In this document: positions 1 through 11,600 of the stretch, one piece after another
How the letters are laid out: every line of letters begins with the position of its first letter
Numbering within the stretch: position 1 is the stretch's first letter
DNA from: Azolla caroliniana
Taxonomy: Eukaryota; Plantae; Polypodiophyta
Direction: 5' to 3'
Assembly (NCBI GenBank): GCA_043228905.1
Contig: JBHGNT010000009.1
Coordinates: 19,220,001-19,284,000 of the forward strand
Length of the DNA: 64,000 bases
Notes under the pieces: generated by a model
The model's database searches: none
Seen by the model: only the letters and a program-made list of their open reading frames with translations
Told to the model about the DNA's origin: nothing
Position numbers and translations under genes: made by a program

Positions 1-445
1 GATGAGTTGGCCCTCTTTTTCGATGAAGCAACCGCCTTGATTAAATCATACTTGCATTCCTTGCTCTACAATTTGGCCGACGGAGACCAAATTCTTCGTG
101 ATAGTTGGTACATGCAAGACATTTTTAATATAAGTTTGCTTACCTTCTTCTCCGAACGGAACATTGCCGATGTGTCGAATCGGGTGCGTAGTGTCGTCTC
201 CGGTTTGAACATAGCCAGGTCAGTCCGGCTCTCGAAATTCTCGAAACCATTCTTAATGCGACATCATATGGTTCGAGGCACCGGAATCGACGAACCATAT
301 GTCTTCCGGACCGAAGGCATTAGTAGAAGTAGAGGCCAACATAGAATTTGCTTTATGTCTCATCACGAACATTCCGCCGCGATCGTCATAGTCGGAGTTG
401 ATGGCGTAGTTGGTGAGTTGTCGGCTATTGGAAGCCAACTCACGT
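1..445 (-). mobile_element. Old Ty1/Copia element A, downstream fragment (end of gag, protease); continues beyond the window start
   Basis: Minus-strand WFVDSGASNHM protease motif and ...KNLVSVGQIVEQG. Joins in frame to 19358+ (CGYCGKIGHHEEECRKKIR|ELASNSRQL) once the Gypsy and one ACGT copy are removed. Confidence 0.9.
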
Positions 446-854
446 TGTCGTGAAGATCCATCACTATGTGCGGATTGTGAGGCGGAACCGTCGGGGTTCT
501 GGACCGGAAGGACTCAAAGTACGCACAAGCTTTAGCGAGAAAGTATTTAAGATAGATTGAGAGAGAGAGAAATTGAGGTTAAACACTTGACTTTAGATTG
601 AGGGAGATTGAAATGGAGAGAGAGATTAAGATTGAACTTTTAACTTTTAGATTTAAGAATCAAGATATATCATCAATTGGATTACAAGTTTCTTATTTGA
701 TCATCCAAAAATTTTACATTAGTCCTTTCATGTTTTTCCTCCCCTCTTTTATAGATGCCCTCATGCATTTGAGGGTACAAGACATGCATGAAATGCATGT
801 TTGCCATTTGGCGCTCATGTATTACATGTGGTGCATGATAACCATGTCACTAAT

Positions 855-896
855 TGTAAATGTGAGTGTTTGCGGAAGCGTAAAATAGAGAACAAC

Positions 897-927
<31 letters not shown>

Positions 928-1271
928 GAGAGACAGAGAGAGCAGAACGTAATTTCAAAATTATATCAAGACTCTGTATACACACTGTGCTAAGTAGCAC
1001 TACTTATACAAGTCCTCTTGGGACTGACAGAAGTACCATGTACTTCAATGCTCACACGAGCATCTGACACTTACTACGAGACTATAGCTACCTAGTAGTC
1101 TATCCTATACTAGGTTTCCGATTGGACTGCCAGTTACGGATTGCACCCGGCTTCTACTGCTTGCCGGTTCGGTTGCTCACCGTCATACCGATCCGTTTCG
1201 CCCGATCCATCTCGCTTACCGACTCTGGCTTATTCAGCCGATCCGGCTCCGGTTGAGCTTGCCGCTCAACA
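855..1271 (-). repeat. 3' LTR of Copia B (contains a (GA)n tract)
   Basis: Direct repeat of 6403-6857 with about 10 transitions and a shorter GA tract; followed by the PPT complement CTCCCCCTCAAG. Confidence 0.95.
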
Positions 1272-2027
1272 CTCCCCCTCAAGCTCAACCTGAGGTGGGG
1301 TCGTAGTGTCGACCTCTGTGGCAGTCGGTTCTTTCAACCGACTTCTCCTGGCGTCACTCCGCCTTGCTCGCGCTCCTCGTCCGGTCTGGTCCCATTTGCC
1401 GCGACCCCTTTGGTTCTGCGTGCCTCGACCCTCTCGGTCGGCATGTCTGCTCAATAGGCCCATCTCAGCACTCACGTTGCTGTGACTCCGGCGCTTGCCG
1501 ATCCGTCGGTTCTCCCACGATGGCATCGACTTCCGCTATATCCGTGTCCCCTTGGCCTTCAGTCGATCCGACTCGTCCGGATCCATCTATTGATCCGAGT
1601 CAGCTGTCTCCGACTCGTTCCAACTCTTGTCCGAATCGGTACACTCCGATTCGACTTCCGGCTTCAAGCCTCTCACCACATCGGACCACTTCCGAGTCTT
1701 GGCCTTCTCCATGCTTCCCTCAGCTTCTTCAGCCGGGGAACCGAAATCGAATTCTTCATTCGACTCCGCATCATGGTCAGTACCGTCGTGATGACCTCCG
1801 CACAGCATGCACTTCCCTTCCTGAGTGCACAACTCTTCTTCACAGCCGCTTGCTCCGATCTGTTCGGATGTGTCGACTTGCTTCGTCGACTCGGCTTCCT
1901 TCATCTTCTTGTCTCCTCTTCTTCCGGCTCTCCTCTTACCGACGGGTTCAACAATTTTTTGGCCTTTGCCCGTTTCGGTAGAGACTTTGCCCTTGCTTCT
2001 CCCCCTCAAGTGTGGCACGTCGAGATG

Positions 2028-5000
2028 CTAAATACCAAGCATGTCGGTAAAGTGCTGCAACTTGTTCGATCCGAGCGGCTTGGTGAAGATGTCAGCAACC
2101 TGCCGATCCGTATGAACATACCGTAGGTCAACTTCACCGCTCAGAACCCGCTCACGCACGAAGTGGTAGTGCACCTCGATGTGCTTTGTGCGAGCATGGA
2201 ACATAGGGTTCCTAGCGAGCTGCAAGCTGCTCATGTTATCGCAGTAAATCGGGATCGAGGTCGGTACCTCGATCCGCAAGTCTCGCAGCAGTCGCCGAAG
2301 CCAGATGGCTTCACAAGTGGCAACGGTAGCGGCCCGGTACTCAGCCTCAGTGCTTGACAAAGCCATTGTGGGTTGCTTCTTGCTGCTCCACGCAACGGCC
2401 ACACTACCTATGGAGAACATGTATCCGGAAGTGGAGCGGCGATCAGACGCATCGCCGGCCCAGTCAGCATCTATGTAACCGACAAGCTTTTCGGGTATAC
2501 CTCGCCTGTATAGCAGTCCCCGGTCCCTAGTGTCGCTGACATACCGTAATATTCGTTGCGCGCACTGAAGGTGCTCCACGGTCGGCTTCTGCATGAACTG
2601 ACTTACCATGCCGACCGGATAGCTGATGTCGGGGCGGGTGATGGTTAAGTAGATCAAGCTTCCGACAACCTGTTGGAACCGTTTCTCATTGCAGGCCGGT
2701 CCGGAGTTGAGACGGAACTTCTGGTTCCGGTCCAGGGGTGTGGAGACAGGTCGGCAATCCGTCATGCCGAACTTATACAACATATTCAACACGTAATGTC
2801 GTTGTGAGAGCAATATGCCGTCGGGGGTCCGGATCACTTCGATCCCAAGAAAATAATGAAGGTCCCCCAGGTCCTTCATTTCGAATGCGTCCGAAAACTG
2901 GGACTTGACGCGGTTGATTTCGGGAAGACCCGGTCCGGTGATGACTAAATCATCCACATACAAGAGTATACATACCGGACCGTCAGAGCCTAGCCGGATG
3001 AACAACGAACAGTCCGACTTAGAGACAGCAAACCCCAGCTTACGCAACCAGTGCATGATCTTTGCGTTCCAAGCTCGGGGGCCTTGCTTCAAGCCATAAA
3101 GCGACTTCTTCAGTCGGCATACCGCCGACTTGTTCATCTCCGATTGAAATCCGGGGGGCTAAGTCATAAAGACTTCTTCTTCAAGCTCTCCTTGAAGGAA
3201 GGCGTTCTTCACACCCATCTAGTGAAGATGCCACCCCTTTGCCGCAGCAACCGCCAGTACCACACGAACCGTCGTCATCTTCGTCATAGGAGCGAAGGTC
3301 TCGTCGTAGTCGATTCCGTGGGTCTGCGCGTATCCCTTTGCCACTAACCGGGCTTTGTACCGGTTAACAGAACCGTCGGCGTTGTACTTGACCTTGTACA
3401 CCAACTTGCATCCGATCGGTTTACAGTGACAGGGAGGATCAACTAGGTCCCAAGTTTCGTTGGCATCTAGTGCCTGCATTTCTTCGTCCATAGCGGCACG
3501 CCAATTTGCATCCTTTGTCGCTTCTGCGTAGCTCTCCAGCTCACGCACTTCTGTCACCTTAGTCATGTACGCATAATGATGCGCCATGTATTCATTGTAC
3601 CCGTACCGCATGATGGGATCCTTCTGGCGGGTTGATCGGTGCAACGCACCGTCACCTGATTTGGGGCCCTTCTTGGCCAGTTCGGTCTTCGTTGCCGAAG
3701 ATCCGCCTTTCTCCTTTCTAGAGTCGGATACGCACCGATCCGACTCATCGTTGCCGGTTTCGAATTCCGGCATCTTCCTCTTCCCTTTCTCTTTGCGCGT
3801 GAACCGTTTCCTCGGTTCCTTGCGCGGGGAGAGCACGGCAGAGTCTCCACCACTTGCCGTCTCTTCATCCGACTGGTCCAACCGACTCAGTCATTTGTTC
3901 GGTCCACTCAACCGTAACGATTCCGGACTCTCATCTTGAGTCCCGGCTTCATCATCCTCTGCCAGGGCTGATTCAGGCTCACTGGCTTGATCTTCCGACA
4001 TTGGGTCGGGATCGGAAGTCGGAGTCGGTACAGAGTACCAGGATGCCGATTCATCGAACTCGACATCCCGGCTAACTCGGGCTTCCTTCGTCCGGGGGTT
4101 ATAGCACTTATACCCCTTTTGCTCTTGAGCATAGCCGACTATGATGCATTTTTCCGATTTTGCATCCAGCTTTCTCCGCTTCTGATCCGGCACATGCACA
4201 TACGCTATGCTGCCGAATATCCGAAGGTGTCTTAAGTTCGGCTTGCGCCCGAAATACAGCTCATGAGCTGACACCTTGTCACCAATTCGGTTTTGTATGT
4301 AGACGGCTGTCCGGACCGCCTCCGCCCAGTAGAACCGGGGCATGCTCTTCTCCTCCAGCATTGCCCTTGCCGCTTCGACGAGTGTCCGGTTCTTCCTTTC
4401 GGCCACACCGTTTTGCTCCGGTGTATATCTACAGCTGAACTCTCGCCGAATTCCCTTCTGCTGCAGATAACTAGTGAATTGGCCAGAAAAATATTCCTTT
4501 CCGCCATCCGACCGAAGGCATTTGATCTTCCTCTCCGATTCCCGTTCCACCATCTTCTGGAGGCTCCGGAAACAGTCGAAGACTTCGCTCTTCCGCTCAA
4601 TGAGGTAGATCCAAGTATGTCGAGTATAGTCGTCGATGAAGGAGACGAAGTATCGGCTCCCGCCAAGCCTTACACTTTGTACCGGTCCCCACACATCCGA
4701 ATGGATGAGATCGGGCTTGTTACGGCTCCGGTTCTGTTCGGTGGGGAATGGAAGCCGGTGTTGCTTCCCAAGTTGGCAGGCTTCACAAATTTCGGCTCTC
4801 CGGCCGCTGAACTTCGACAAACCGAAAACGACTTGTTTCGTTTGCAGGTCTTGAAGCCTCCGGTCGTTGACGTGGCCTATCCGCTTGTGCCACAGGTCGA
4901 TGTCCGACTCGACCTTCTGTCGTTTCGCGAATAGAGCGGTGCCAAAGTCATTGGTGTTAAGGATAAACATCCTCCCGTCTCTGCGCCCTTGCGCAATGAC

Positions 5001-6308
5001 TTCGCCCTCATCCTCAATGAAGCACCCGAGGTACGTAAACCGCACCTGCATCCCCTGGTCGACAATCTGACCGACGGACACCAGGTTCTTCGTGATTGTC
5101 AGAACGTGTAATACGTTCATCAGCTTCCCTTTCTGTCCGACGTGGCTTAGAGGGACTTCTCCGACGTGCACGATTGGGTGAGGAGTGTCGTCTCCGGTTT
5201 CGACTACTCCTGGTCGATCCAGTTTCTCCAGAAAGGAGAACCACTCTTTGTGGCTCGTCATGTGGTTCGACGCGCGGGAATCAACATACCACACTTCCTC
5301 CGTTTTGGAAGTGGTCTTCTTCATTGAGTTTGCCTTGTGATTCATCACCAAGGCTGGCCCCTTACCGGCCTTTCCGGTTCTGGATCCTCCTGATCCGTTT
5401 GCGTAGTGCGAGTTTTGCCGGCCATCCTTACCGGTCTTGCCGGATCCGGATTTGTCCGAATCGGCATGCTTTCTCCAGCACTCGCTTTCCCTGTGGCCTT
5501 TTTTGCCACAGTACCAACATTCCGTAGCGGATTTATCTTGCCGGCCTCCGGCACCGCCTTGACTCCCCCTGCTTGTGGAAGTCTCGGAACTGCTGTCGGC
5601 ACTCTCATAGTGCCTCCGTTCCTGCTCTTGCCGGCCGCCTCCATTGCGTGCCGACCCTCCTCTTCCACCACGCCCACGGAACCGATCCGTTCCCGTGTAC
5701 AACATTCGGCTGTCCGGGGATGCACTGGTAGATGCACCGGCGTGGTTCTCCTCTACAAGGAGCATCGACTGTAAGTCGAAGAATGAGGGGGTATTCTCCC
5801 TTGTACACACCGCAGTCCGGAACGCTCTGAACTTGGACGCCAGGCTTCTGAGACATACCTGCACCATCTCGTCTTCCTCTACGGTAACATTGATAGAGGC
5901 GAGCGAGTCGTAGATCTCCTTTATCCGACCCGTGTAGTCTGCCACGGACATGTTCTTCTGTCGAACATTGCTCAACTCCTGTCTGAGTTGCAGCTTCCGG
6001 GCAGTGGTGCTTGCGGCGAAAACCTTTTTCAGGTTCCCCCAAGCATCCTTCGGTGTCTTGGCGTCACGGATGTGGCTGAGCAGCTGATCGCCGACACTGG
6101 ACACGAAGTAGTACATCACCCTACTTGCCGCTTGTTCCCATACCGGGAAGTCCTTGTGTGCCGAGTCGGGTGCCGCATCATTCGCTCCTTCGACATAACT
6201 CCAGTACCCGTGTCCAAGCAGGTACTGGTGCATCTTGTAAGACCAGGATGCGTAGTTGCTCCTGTCGAGCTTCTCCATCGGGAGCGACGTAGCCATGCCT
6301 CTATCCAT
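2028..6308 (-). pseudogene. Copia B gag-pol polyprotein with stops and a frameshift
   Basis: ORFs 3891-6308 (zinc knuckle CWYCGKKGHRESEC, WYVDS, HKRIGH..CEAC, RSDGGKE), 3219-3881 and 2028-3137 (LYVDDL, DADWAG, RTKHIEVHYHF). Confidence 0.93.
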
Positions 6309-6390
6309 GTCTTCTACTGTGTCTGTTTTTGACCTGTTAGGGTTTTCTTCTCAAGAGTAAATGTCTGCATCAGAGGTTCTCAACACTCGC

Positions 6391-6402
6391 GCTCTGATAC
6401 CA
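6391..6402 (-). promoter_or_regulatory. Primer binding site (tRNA-iMet) of Copia B
   Basis: TGGTATCAGAGC on the minus strand, abutting the 5' LTR. Confidence 0.95.
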
Positions 6403-6442
6403 TGTAAACGTGAGTGTTTGCAGAAGCGTAAAACAGAGAACA

Positions 6443-6529
<87 letters not shown>

Positions 6530-6857
6530 AGAACGTAATTTCAAAATTATATCAAGACTCTGTATACACACTGTGCTAAGTAGCACTACTTATACAAGTC
6601 CTCTTGGGACTGACAGAAGTACCATGTACTTCAATGCTCACACGAGCATTTGACACTTACTACGAGACTATAGCTACCTAGTAGTCTATCCTATACTAGG
6701 CTTCCGATTGGACTGCCGGTTACGGATTGCACCCGGCTTCTACTGCTTGCCGGTTCGGTTGCTCACCGTCATACCAATCCGTTTCGCCCGATCCATCTCG
6801 CTTACCGGCTCCGGCTTATTCAGCCGATCCGGCTCCGGTTGAGCTTGCCGCTCAACA
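6403..6857 (-). repeat. 5' LTR of Copia B
   Basis: TGTAAACG...CTCAACA with a long pure (GA)n tract. Confidence 0.95.
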
Positions 6858-7439
6858 CTAATTTTAGCTCTCATCTATGAAAATGTGTTGCCTTAGTGGT
6901 AAGCCTATTGACTCTCAACTTGGAGGTGCAAGGTTCAAATCCTTACTTTCCCTCCTTGTGTATATGTATAAATATTTATTTATTTATTTATCTATCTAGC
7001 CGTCGATCGCCGGTTGTCGGTTACCGTTCGGTCATTGAATCCCAGTTCCGTCGCCGGTTGCCGTATACTGATTACCGTTTGGTCGTCGGATCCTGGTTCA
7101 ATCGTTGGATGCCCGTTCCCGTTCGGTCACCGGATCCCGGTTCAATCGCCGGATGTCGGTTACCGTTCGGTCGTGGGATCTCGGTTCCGTCGCCGGATGC
7201 CAGTGATCGTCCGGTTGCCGGATCCTGGTTCCGTCGTCGGATGCCGATTACCGTCTGGTCGCTGGATCCTAGTTCCGTCGTCGAATGCCGGTTACCGTCC
7301 GGTCGCTAGATCCCGGTTTTGTCGCCGGACGCCGTATCCCGGTTCCGTTGCCGGATGCCGGTTACCACCGGCTCCGTCGCTGGTCCGATTTTGGTTGGCC
7401 AAAACCTTTGCAAGTAGCCAGGCCATACCCACTTAGCTC

Positions 7440-8010
7440 ATCTCGTTCTCCCATGGTATCGCTACCCATGAGGCGATCGTCCTTTCGATGGGCATCACCA
7501 GCTTTTGTCCATACATAAGCTCCGTTGGCATATACCCTGTCATTGAGCTATGTGTCGTTCTGTCGGCCCACAAGGCATAGGGAAATAGTCGTGGCCAATT
7601 CCCGACTCGACCGTTGCATTCTCATACGATGGCTTTAACGATGGGTCCATGCCCTCGCTCGATCTTCCCATTCGCTTCTGGATTGTAGGCAGTCGTGAGG
7701 GAGAGCTTCATGCCTAGTCGTTCGAAAAGCTCCATTGCTTCGTGTGTGTCCACCTCCCCTCGATCAGTGACTATCTTCCCCACACATCCATATCGGTAGA
7801 CAACCTCTTCAAGAAGAAATTTGCAAACAACTGACGTCGTCTTATTTGTCAAGGCCCGCCCTTCCACTTGATTTCTCAAGTCTTCTCTTGCCAGCACTAA
7901 GTACTTCATTTGTCCCACTCCCATTGGCATCGAGACCAGATCAACCATCCATTTGAAGTGGGTATGTCGGTCGTAGCTCATCACGATGATGTATGTTGGA
8001 ATGTACTTGG
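7440..8010 (-). pseudogene. Gypsy integrase core fragment
   Basis: MVDLVSM, IVTDRGE, TTAYNPEANGKIERGH; continuous with 13456+ across Copia C. Confidence 0.88.
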
Positions 8011-8015
8011 CAAGT

Positions 8016-8646
8016 TGTTGGGATTTCGGTCCCTCCGGATGGGATGTCCGGAGATAAATGACGGCAAGCCCGGTTGCGGTTACGGAGCCGGATGATGAAG
8101 ACCCCGGCTACGGAGCCGGATGATGAAGACCCCGGTTCCGGAGCCGGATGCTGAAGACCCCGGTTACGGAGCCGGATGACGAATGTACCCGGAGAGAGAG
8201 CCGGACATATTTGTGAATATGTTTGCCAAGAGCCCTTGAGGCTATATTTGTAAATAGCCCGAAAGTCATATGTGTATAAATATGACTTAGGGCAAACAGT
8301 TTATTGTTGTTGCTCATTTTCTTGTTTTTCACTTAGAGGGAGTGAAGAGAGCAGCCGAGAGAGAGAGAAAGAGAGAGAGACGAAGAGGTCGTTGCCTCTG
8401 TGTATTGCCGCCGCCTGTGGCGAAGATAGTGAGCACAAGGCTGTTGCCTTGTAGTTTCACCATTGTACATCCCTGTTCATAGTGATGGTTGGAGTCTGAG
8501 AACTCCCGTGGTTTTTTCCCATTTAGGGTTTTCCACGTAAAATATTCTGTGTACTCTCTCTTTCTATTGTCTCGTGCATTCTGTATTTCCTGTTTTCCAA
8601 GTGTTGATCCTATTCCTCGGTTGTGGCCGAGCACTGTTTTGCAACA
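8016..8646 (+). repeat. 5' LTR of Copia C (four 28-bp U3 tandem units)
   Basis: TGTTGGGA...TGCAACA; matches the 3' LTR except for one repeat unit. Confidence 0.96.
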
Positions 8647-8677
8647 AACTGGTATCAGAGCGACGGTAACACAGAAA

Positions 8678-11600
8678 ATGGAAGGCGGCGGTAGTGGGCC
8701 TCCGGGCATGATGGTGTTGAACTCACAGAACTACGCCGACTGGAAGATAAAGATGGAAGACCTTCTCATCGTCCGAGACCTGTATGAACCGATCGACAAT
8801 GCCGAGATACCCAAGGGGGTAATAGAGTCGGAGTGGAAGCTCCTGAACCGGAAAGCCGTAGCGACGATCCGGCAATATGTCGATGTAAGCGTTCTACAAC
8901 ATGTGGCAAACGACACCAACGCATATGAGATGTGGAAGAAGCTGTCGGGCCTCTACGAGAGGAAGAATGCGTTGAACCGGACCTCCCTGATGAGGAAGAT
9001 AGTGAACCTCAAGTACCGGGACGACGAGAATATGGTGGAACACGTGAGCACGTTCATGGGATTCGTGAACCAGCTTGCGGCGATCAAGTTCCCGTTGGAG
9101 GATGCAATGCAAGCCATCATTCTGATGTGTACATTGCCGGAAAGCTGGGAGAACTTGGTGGTGACTCTCAGCACCTCCTGCACCGAAGATAACTTGTCTC
9201 TACAAACGGTAAAGACAAGTATTCTAAATGAAGAAGCGCGTCGGAGAGATAAAGAACCGGCCTCCGACTCGAAGGCGCTGCTTACCGAATCGGATCGGGG
9301 AAGACAATGGAACCGGAGTCCGCAAAGACGGGAGAAGTCGGGGACCCGGTCGCAGTCAAGAGGAAGGCCCACATGCTTCCACTGTGGGAAGCCGGGGCAC
9401 TTCCGGAAGAATTGTCGGCATTACCGAAAGGACAACGGAGCCGACGACACCGATTCGAAGAAGTCACCGGAGAGAAACGGTGCATACCGGGGAGCCACGG
9501 ACCGAAGAGGTCCGGATCGGCGAGGGCAGGACCAGAAAGGAACGACGGCACTCGCGGCAAGTGAAGAAGAGATAATGCTCATTACCGAAGAGAGGGAGCT
9601 GAACCTTGCCGGTGTAGAGATGACCTGGGTGGTCGATTCCGGAGCATCGTTCCACCTGACCCCGGAGAGAAGATACTTCTCATCCTACACAGCCGGTGAG
9701 CATGGCTGTGTTCGGATGGGAAATGAAGGTACGTGCCGGATTGCCGGCATAGGAGACGTGTGGTTGACAACCCCGACCGGATGCAAAATGCTGCTGAAGG
9801 ATGTCCGACACGTTCCGGAGGTTCGATTGAACCTGATCTCGGCCGGGAGGCTAGATGATGAAGGCTACACGGGTAGCATCCGGAACGGTGTCATGAAGTT
9901 CAGCAAGGGGAGCCTGATAGTGGCTCGGGCCCGGAAGGTCAACACACTGTACCTGATGAATTCCCGGCTATGTCCGGAGGAGCTGAACGTGGCAACCGAC
10001 ACTGCCGGTGAGCTGTGGCACAAGAGACTGTGCCACATGAGTGAGAAGGGGATGAAGAGGCTTGCAGAAGACAACCTTATTCCAGTGAAGCATGTGCACC
10101 TGGAGAAGTGCACCGATTGCCTGGCCGGTAAGCAGAACCGAACCTCCTTCCACTCAAGGCCACCGACGAGACGTAGCGCACCATTGGAGTTGGTGCATAC
10201 TGATGTGTGTCAGGTAGAAACGAAGTCACACGGCGGAGCCCAGTACTTCGTGACATTCATTGATGATCACAGCCGGAAGCTGTGGACAGCACCGTTGAAG
10301 ACAAAGGACCAAGTATTGTCCGTCTTTAAAGAACTCCACGCGAGAGTGGAAAGGGAATCCGGCAAGAAGCTGAAAGCGATACGAGCGGATAACGGAGGGG
10401 AATACCGGGGGCAGTTCCAGGAGTACTGTCGCTCGAAGGGAATCCGGCTCGAGTTTACTGTGCCGAAGACGCCGGAACTGAACGGGCTGGCCGAGAGGAT
10501 GAACCGGACCATAATGGAGAGGGTCCGGAGTATGCTGGCGCATGCGAAATTACCCAAGGGGTTTTGGGCTGAGGCAATGTCGACGGCGACATACGTGATA
10601 AACAGATCGCCCTCAGTACCTTTGGACGGAGACACGCCGCAGAAAGTGTGGACCGGTAAGGAAGTGTCCTACCGGCATCTGAAGGTGTTCGGGTGTCTCG
10701 CTTACGTGCATGTGGCAAAGGACCGGAGAGGAAAGCTAGATCCAAAGACCCGGCCATGCATATTCCTCGGTTACGGCGACGACGAGTTCGGCTACCGAGT
10801 ATGGGACCCGGTCGACAAGAAGATATTCAGGAGTCGAGACATCATCTTCATGGAGGATAAGACACTCGCCGACTTGGAGTCGGAGAAGAAGATGAAGAGC
10901 TCCAAGTCGACCGGTGAGGATCAACTCTACGAGGAGCAGTCCCGACCGGCAAGGGACCGGTTAGCACTCGAGGATTCGGCCGAAGACGGTGAAGAAACAG
11001 AACCGGCCGAAGAAGATGAAAATGATACCGGAACCGGCCCCGATCCCGAAATGGATTCGGATGAAGAAGAATCGGAAGAACCGGTTACCGAAGCTCCGGT
11101 TACCGAAGCTCCGGTTACCGAAGCTCCGGAACGGAGATATCCTCTAAGAGAGAGAAGGGCCCCCCGGAGATTTCCGGAACCAGAGCACGTGCTGCTAACC
11201 GACGAGGGGGAGCCGGAGAGCTTTGAAGAAGCAAAGCATGACACCCAGAGCCGCAGGTGGTTGAGTGCCATGCAGGACGAGATGGATTCCCTGCATGAGA
11301 ACCACACATATGAACTTGTGGAGCTGCCGAAAGGAAAACGGGCACTCCGTAACAAGTGGGTGTTCAAGCTGAAACCGGGAGATGCCGGAAACCCCCCGAG
11401 ATACAAAGCCAGGATCGTGGTGAAGGGGTTTCAGCAGAAGAAGGGCGTCGACTTCGATGAGATATTTGCCCCGGTAGTGAAGATGACCTCCATCCGGACG
11501 GTGCTGAGCATAGCGGCAAGCATGGACCTTGAAGTAGAACAGATGGACGTGAAGACGGCATTCCTTCACGGTGACCTCGAAGAAGAAATCTACATGCAGC

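Larger units (their letters stand above)
855..6857 (-). mobile_element. Full-length Ty1/Copia element B, mutated
   Basis: TG...CA LTRs, 5-bp TSD CTAAT (850-854 / 6858-6862), iMet PBS, PPT, gag-PR-INT-RT-RH. Confidence 0.96.
446..7437 (-). repeat. 3' LTR of the Gypsy (446-854 plus 6863-~7437), split by Copia B and truncated at its inner end
   Basis: Near-identical to 18188-~18995. After GGCCATACCC it runs straight into integrase sequence, so the U3 start, PPT and integrase tail are deleted. Confidence 0.85.

Noticed and set aside
1266-2018. env-like gene in Copia B
   Set aside because: The extension is hydrophilic, with no transmembrane segment or signal peptide, and lies in the pol frame.
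8489-8677. N-terminal extensions of the Copia ORFs (1430 aa; also 56573-56638)
   Set aside because: They start inside the LTR, run through the PBS and are not conserved between C and D. The ATG after the PBS was preferred.
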